From Vicugna vicugna (taxonomy: Eukaryota), in NCBI GenBank assembly GCA_013265495.1, contig MU057801.1:1791879-1855878 (forward strand): 64,000 nt of DNA. Reading direction: 5' to 3'. Positions within the stretch are counted from its first letter, which is position 1; every line of letters starts with the position of its first letter. A model generated the notes under the pieces. It saw nothing but the letters and a program-made list of their open reading frames with translations. It did not search any database and had not been told where the DNA came from. Below are positions 60,895-64,000 of this stretch, one piece after another. The translations under genes and the position numbers were made by a program.

Positions 60895-63800
60895 GCACTG
60901 GACCCATTCAACCTGCCCTCGATAGCATGGCCAGCAGGAGAGCCCCTGGACGCGTCTACCTGCAGCGGAAAACAAGAGAATTGACCCAAAGTACTGCCCC
61001 CCGGGTGGCTCAGAGGGGAGGGTCAAGAAGCGACAGGCTCGCCACCCGTGTCATGGTCACGCTGGGGCCAGACGCCCGCTTGTTGGAGGGCTATGTTGGC
61101 CGCATTGTAGAGGGCTATCGGGCGGCCTGAGTGTGGGAGAGCAGTGGTGCCCAGACTCACTCCCTGCAGACGGGCCTCCCTGAGATGGAGACCACGTGCG
61201 GCTGTGCATTACAGACAGCCTCTGGGACCCGGGCCTGAGGGGGAGTCCCAGGGGACTTCACAGGGGTCCTGCCCGCAGTGGGGTGTCTCTTCAGAGTGGC
61301 CCCAAGGATGGCCCAGACACCTGGCCTTTGTACACAAGCACCAGGGGTCCCTGGATGTCATGCCCAAAAGGGACATGAGCTGGCCTCTGGGGGCAGCTGG
61401 CCTCCTTGAAAGGGCTGACACAAAGCCCATCGGCCTGCAATGCTCCCCGCAGCCGGGAATCCCTCCGTCCACAAGTGACAAGCCCCTCCCCCGGGGCTCT
61501 GTCCAGCGGCTCTGGGATGGAGCCTGGGGATCCACATTTCCAGGAGGCATCCTGCTGGTCCTGACTCACAGCCTGGTCTCTCGAGCACTGGCCGGTGGCT
61601 CTGAGGCCCACCCAAGACCCGCAGAGGCCAGGATGCTGGTCTGAAGGCGCCCCCCGGCTGAGTGTTAGGATGCAGTGAGCATGCTGCGAAACTCACACGC
61701 AGTCAAGCTGGACATCAGCACCCCGACTGTCCAGAGTCACCCCAGTTCATCAGTGGCTGTCCGAGCCAGGGCGTGGGCCAGTCCCACGAGACGGATAGAG
61801 TGCTCAGGGCCCCGTTTCTTGCCTCCTAGGGCTGGCACGCTCCGCCGGCCCTGTCGCTCCCCGCAGCCGGCTCTCAGGGAGAGCCTGCTGGGTGGAAGCT
61901 CCTGCTCCCTGAACTGGCCGGCTCCCCAGCCGGAGAAGACAGCCCCACTGTAACCACACTGAGCCGGAGCGGGCGCGGGGGCAGGGGCAGGGCGCCGGCA
62001 CAACGGACTCTTCTGTCAGCGAGGGCGCAGCTCTGCCCTGCCTTCTCCTGTGTGCTTTGGCACTTTCGGCATGGCTGTAAAATTTATCCAGGGAAAACTG
62101 GCATTTATCTTGGGCTCACTCACAGCCGGCAAAACTGATAAACAGATGGGGGTCGGCTAGGCCACGGTCAATTTGGTCAGCACCTCACAGAATACAAATG
62201 TCACCCTTTATTCCTGCTGGGCTGATTTACTGCTGGTGGGAAGTTACCGGTCTGTTATGTTCCAACAGATCATCGCACCGTTTAAAGGATCCAGTCCCGT
62301 TTCCGTGAGGTTCTATCCATCACACAGTGCTGTGTCGGGGGCGGGGTGTGGAAAGGGGACTTCTGGCACCAGTGGCCATAAAGGACCAAAATAGCCCTGC
62401 TGGGCCTGCGTGTGCACACAGGACACTTATCTGTGAGGTCATGGAGGGGAAAAAGAGAGAAGGGAAGAAAGAGACCCGCCAGCTCTGATGCAGGGGGATC
62501 AAAATTCAGCCCAAACGTCCCACCCGGCGGCTCGGAGCTTCTCCTTTTGTGTCCCGGCTAAAGGCACTGGGAGGATCAGAGCCCTCAGCCGCTCTGTTTA
62601 CTTTGGGAACAATGTCTGGTGTATGAATACTGATGCCTCTGACCACGGCTAATTGAATTGCAGCGGGCGGGCGGTGGGAGGCAGCGAGGGGCTCTGCCGG
62701 CCAGCCCTTCACCGCGGCAGCTTCTCGAGGAGCCTCGGACAGTGATGGATGCTCCCGTGTCCCCGAGAGCCCCCTCGAACACCTAAGAGGCAGCTATGAA
62801 CCTGCATCCTGAATTTCTATTAACCAGGCCTCCTGGAGAGGCGGCGGATGTCAGGGGTCAGGCGCTGGGCGGTTGAAAGGGAGGGGAGGCAGTCCTCTCC
62901 CCAGGCTCCCCTCCTCACCTGACTTAGGTGAGCCCTGGGCAAGGGGGTGGACCAGGAAATCTCTGTCTGGTGCCCGCGCAGGCCGAGGGGGGCTGCCTCT
63001 GCTGAGGCCGGGCCCATGGAAAGTCCGGGGCTTGTCTGGGAGCAGTGAGAGCCCCTTCTTGGAAAACAAAAAAGGCAAGCCCACCAAAGGCCTGGCCCAG
63101 AGAAGGCCGTTTTGAGGCTGGCACAGGAGGTGAAGGGGAGGCAGGAGAAGTCAGACTCTGACGCTTCCCCGTCCTAACAAAGGATCACACGCGGACCCTC
63201 GGGTGTGGCCGTCCTGGGCGCCTGCCTGTGCTGTGTTTACACAGCAGAACCGCGCAGCTGGGCCCCGGGGCTCAGTGGGACTCTGTCCTCCCAGCGAGGA
63301 GCTGACCCCTGCTGCACCGCCATCGGGGACGCACACACCACCCACCTGCCCGGAGGTCTGGACGCCGCGGGGGCCACCCGGTCCCAGGGCCACTGGCCTC
63401 CCTGCTGGGGGCACTGGGTCTGGGTCCGGCCCCAGGCTGGCCCCTCTCCTGAGAGCTGCCTCCCCGGCCATCCCCGGAGGCAGAGGCCGGCACCCGGCTC
63501 CGTCCAGGCGCAGGGGCTGCTTCCTGGTGGAGCTCGGCCCGAGACCACGGCTGCCTGGTATCCAGAAAGCCTGGACTCTAAATTCACCCCCAGCGCTTTT
63601 GCAGTAATTCCTCACCAGCTTATTACGCTTTAAAAACATAGCCGTAAGCGTCACCATCAGCAGGGATTTTCCTGCCCCCAGGCATCCCAGCTCCGTTCCC
63701 CCGTTCACCCAGGTGACAGCCTCTGCCCGCTCTGAGCTTCGCAGAAATGAGGAGGCCTTGTTCTTATGAAGAGATAGTTTTTGAGACTTCTAAAACGATT

Positions 63801-64000
63801 GTTTTGCGTCCCTGTTTGTCCGTTATCTGTCTACCTACGTATCTGTCTCTGTGCGTGTGTGTGTGTGTCTATCCATCTGACTGTCCATCTCGGAGAATAA
63901 AGTCAGCCCCGAGGGGAAGGCAGGTGCTCAGGGAGGAGCAGCGGACAGGATGCTGGTGCATGACGCCTGACGTCTGTGGGCAATTCTGAATCTGCGCAGA

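Overview
Mammalian genomic DNA, most likely camelid (inferred from several vic-1-like tRNA-derived SINEs and artiodactyl-type L1 and Tigger1 derivatives). I recognise no intact protein-coding gene, RNA gene or CRISPR array. The ORF track is explained by GC-rich non-coding DNA, microsatellites and decayed L1 ORF2. The window reads as a GC/CpG-rich intergenic or lncRNA region. It has several CpG islands, two with housekeeping-type ETS motifs (one also NRF1), plus CTCF and heat-shock-element motifs and enhancer-like unique blocks. Transposon relics include L1, SINE, MIR, L2, ERV LTR, Tigger and hAT. I found no convincing new biological system. The best leads are: an orphan promoter near 11.2 kb with a candidate minus-strand exon and perfect HSEs; a near-identical 92-bp dispersed duplication beside a hairpin; a possible decayed retrocopy near 18.6-19.3 kb; and AT-to-GC drift visible inside repeats. 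Repeat family names come from my recall of consensus sequences, not from a search.
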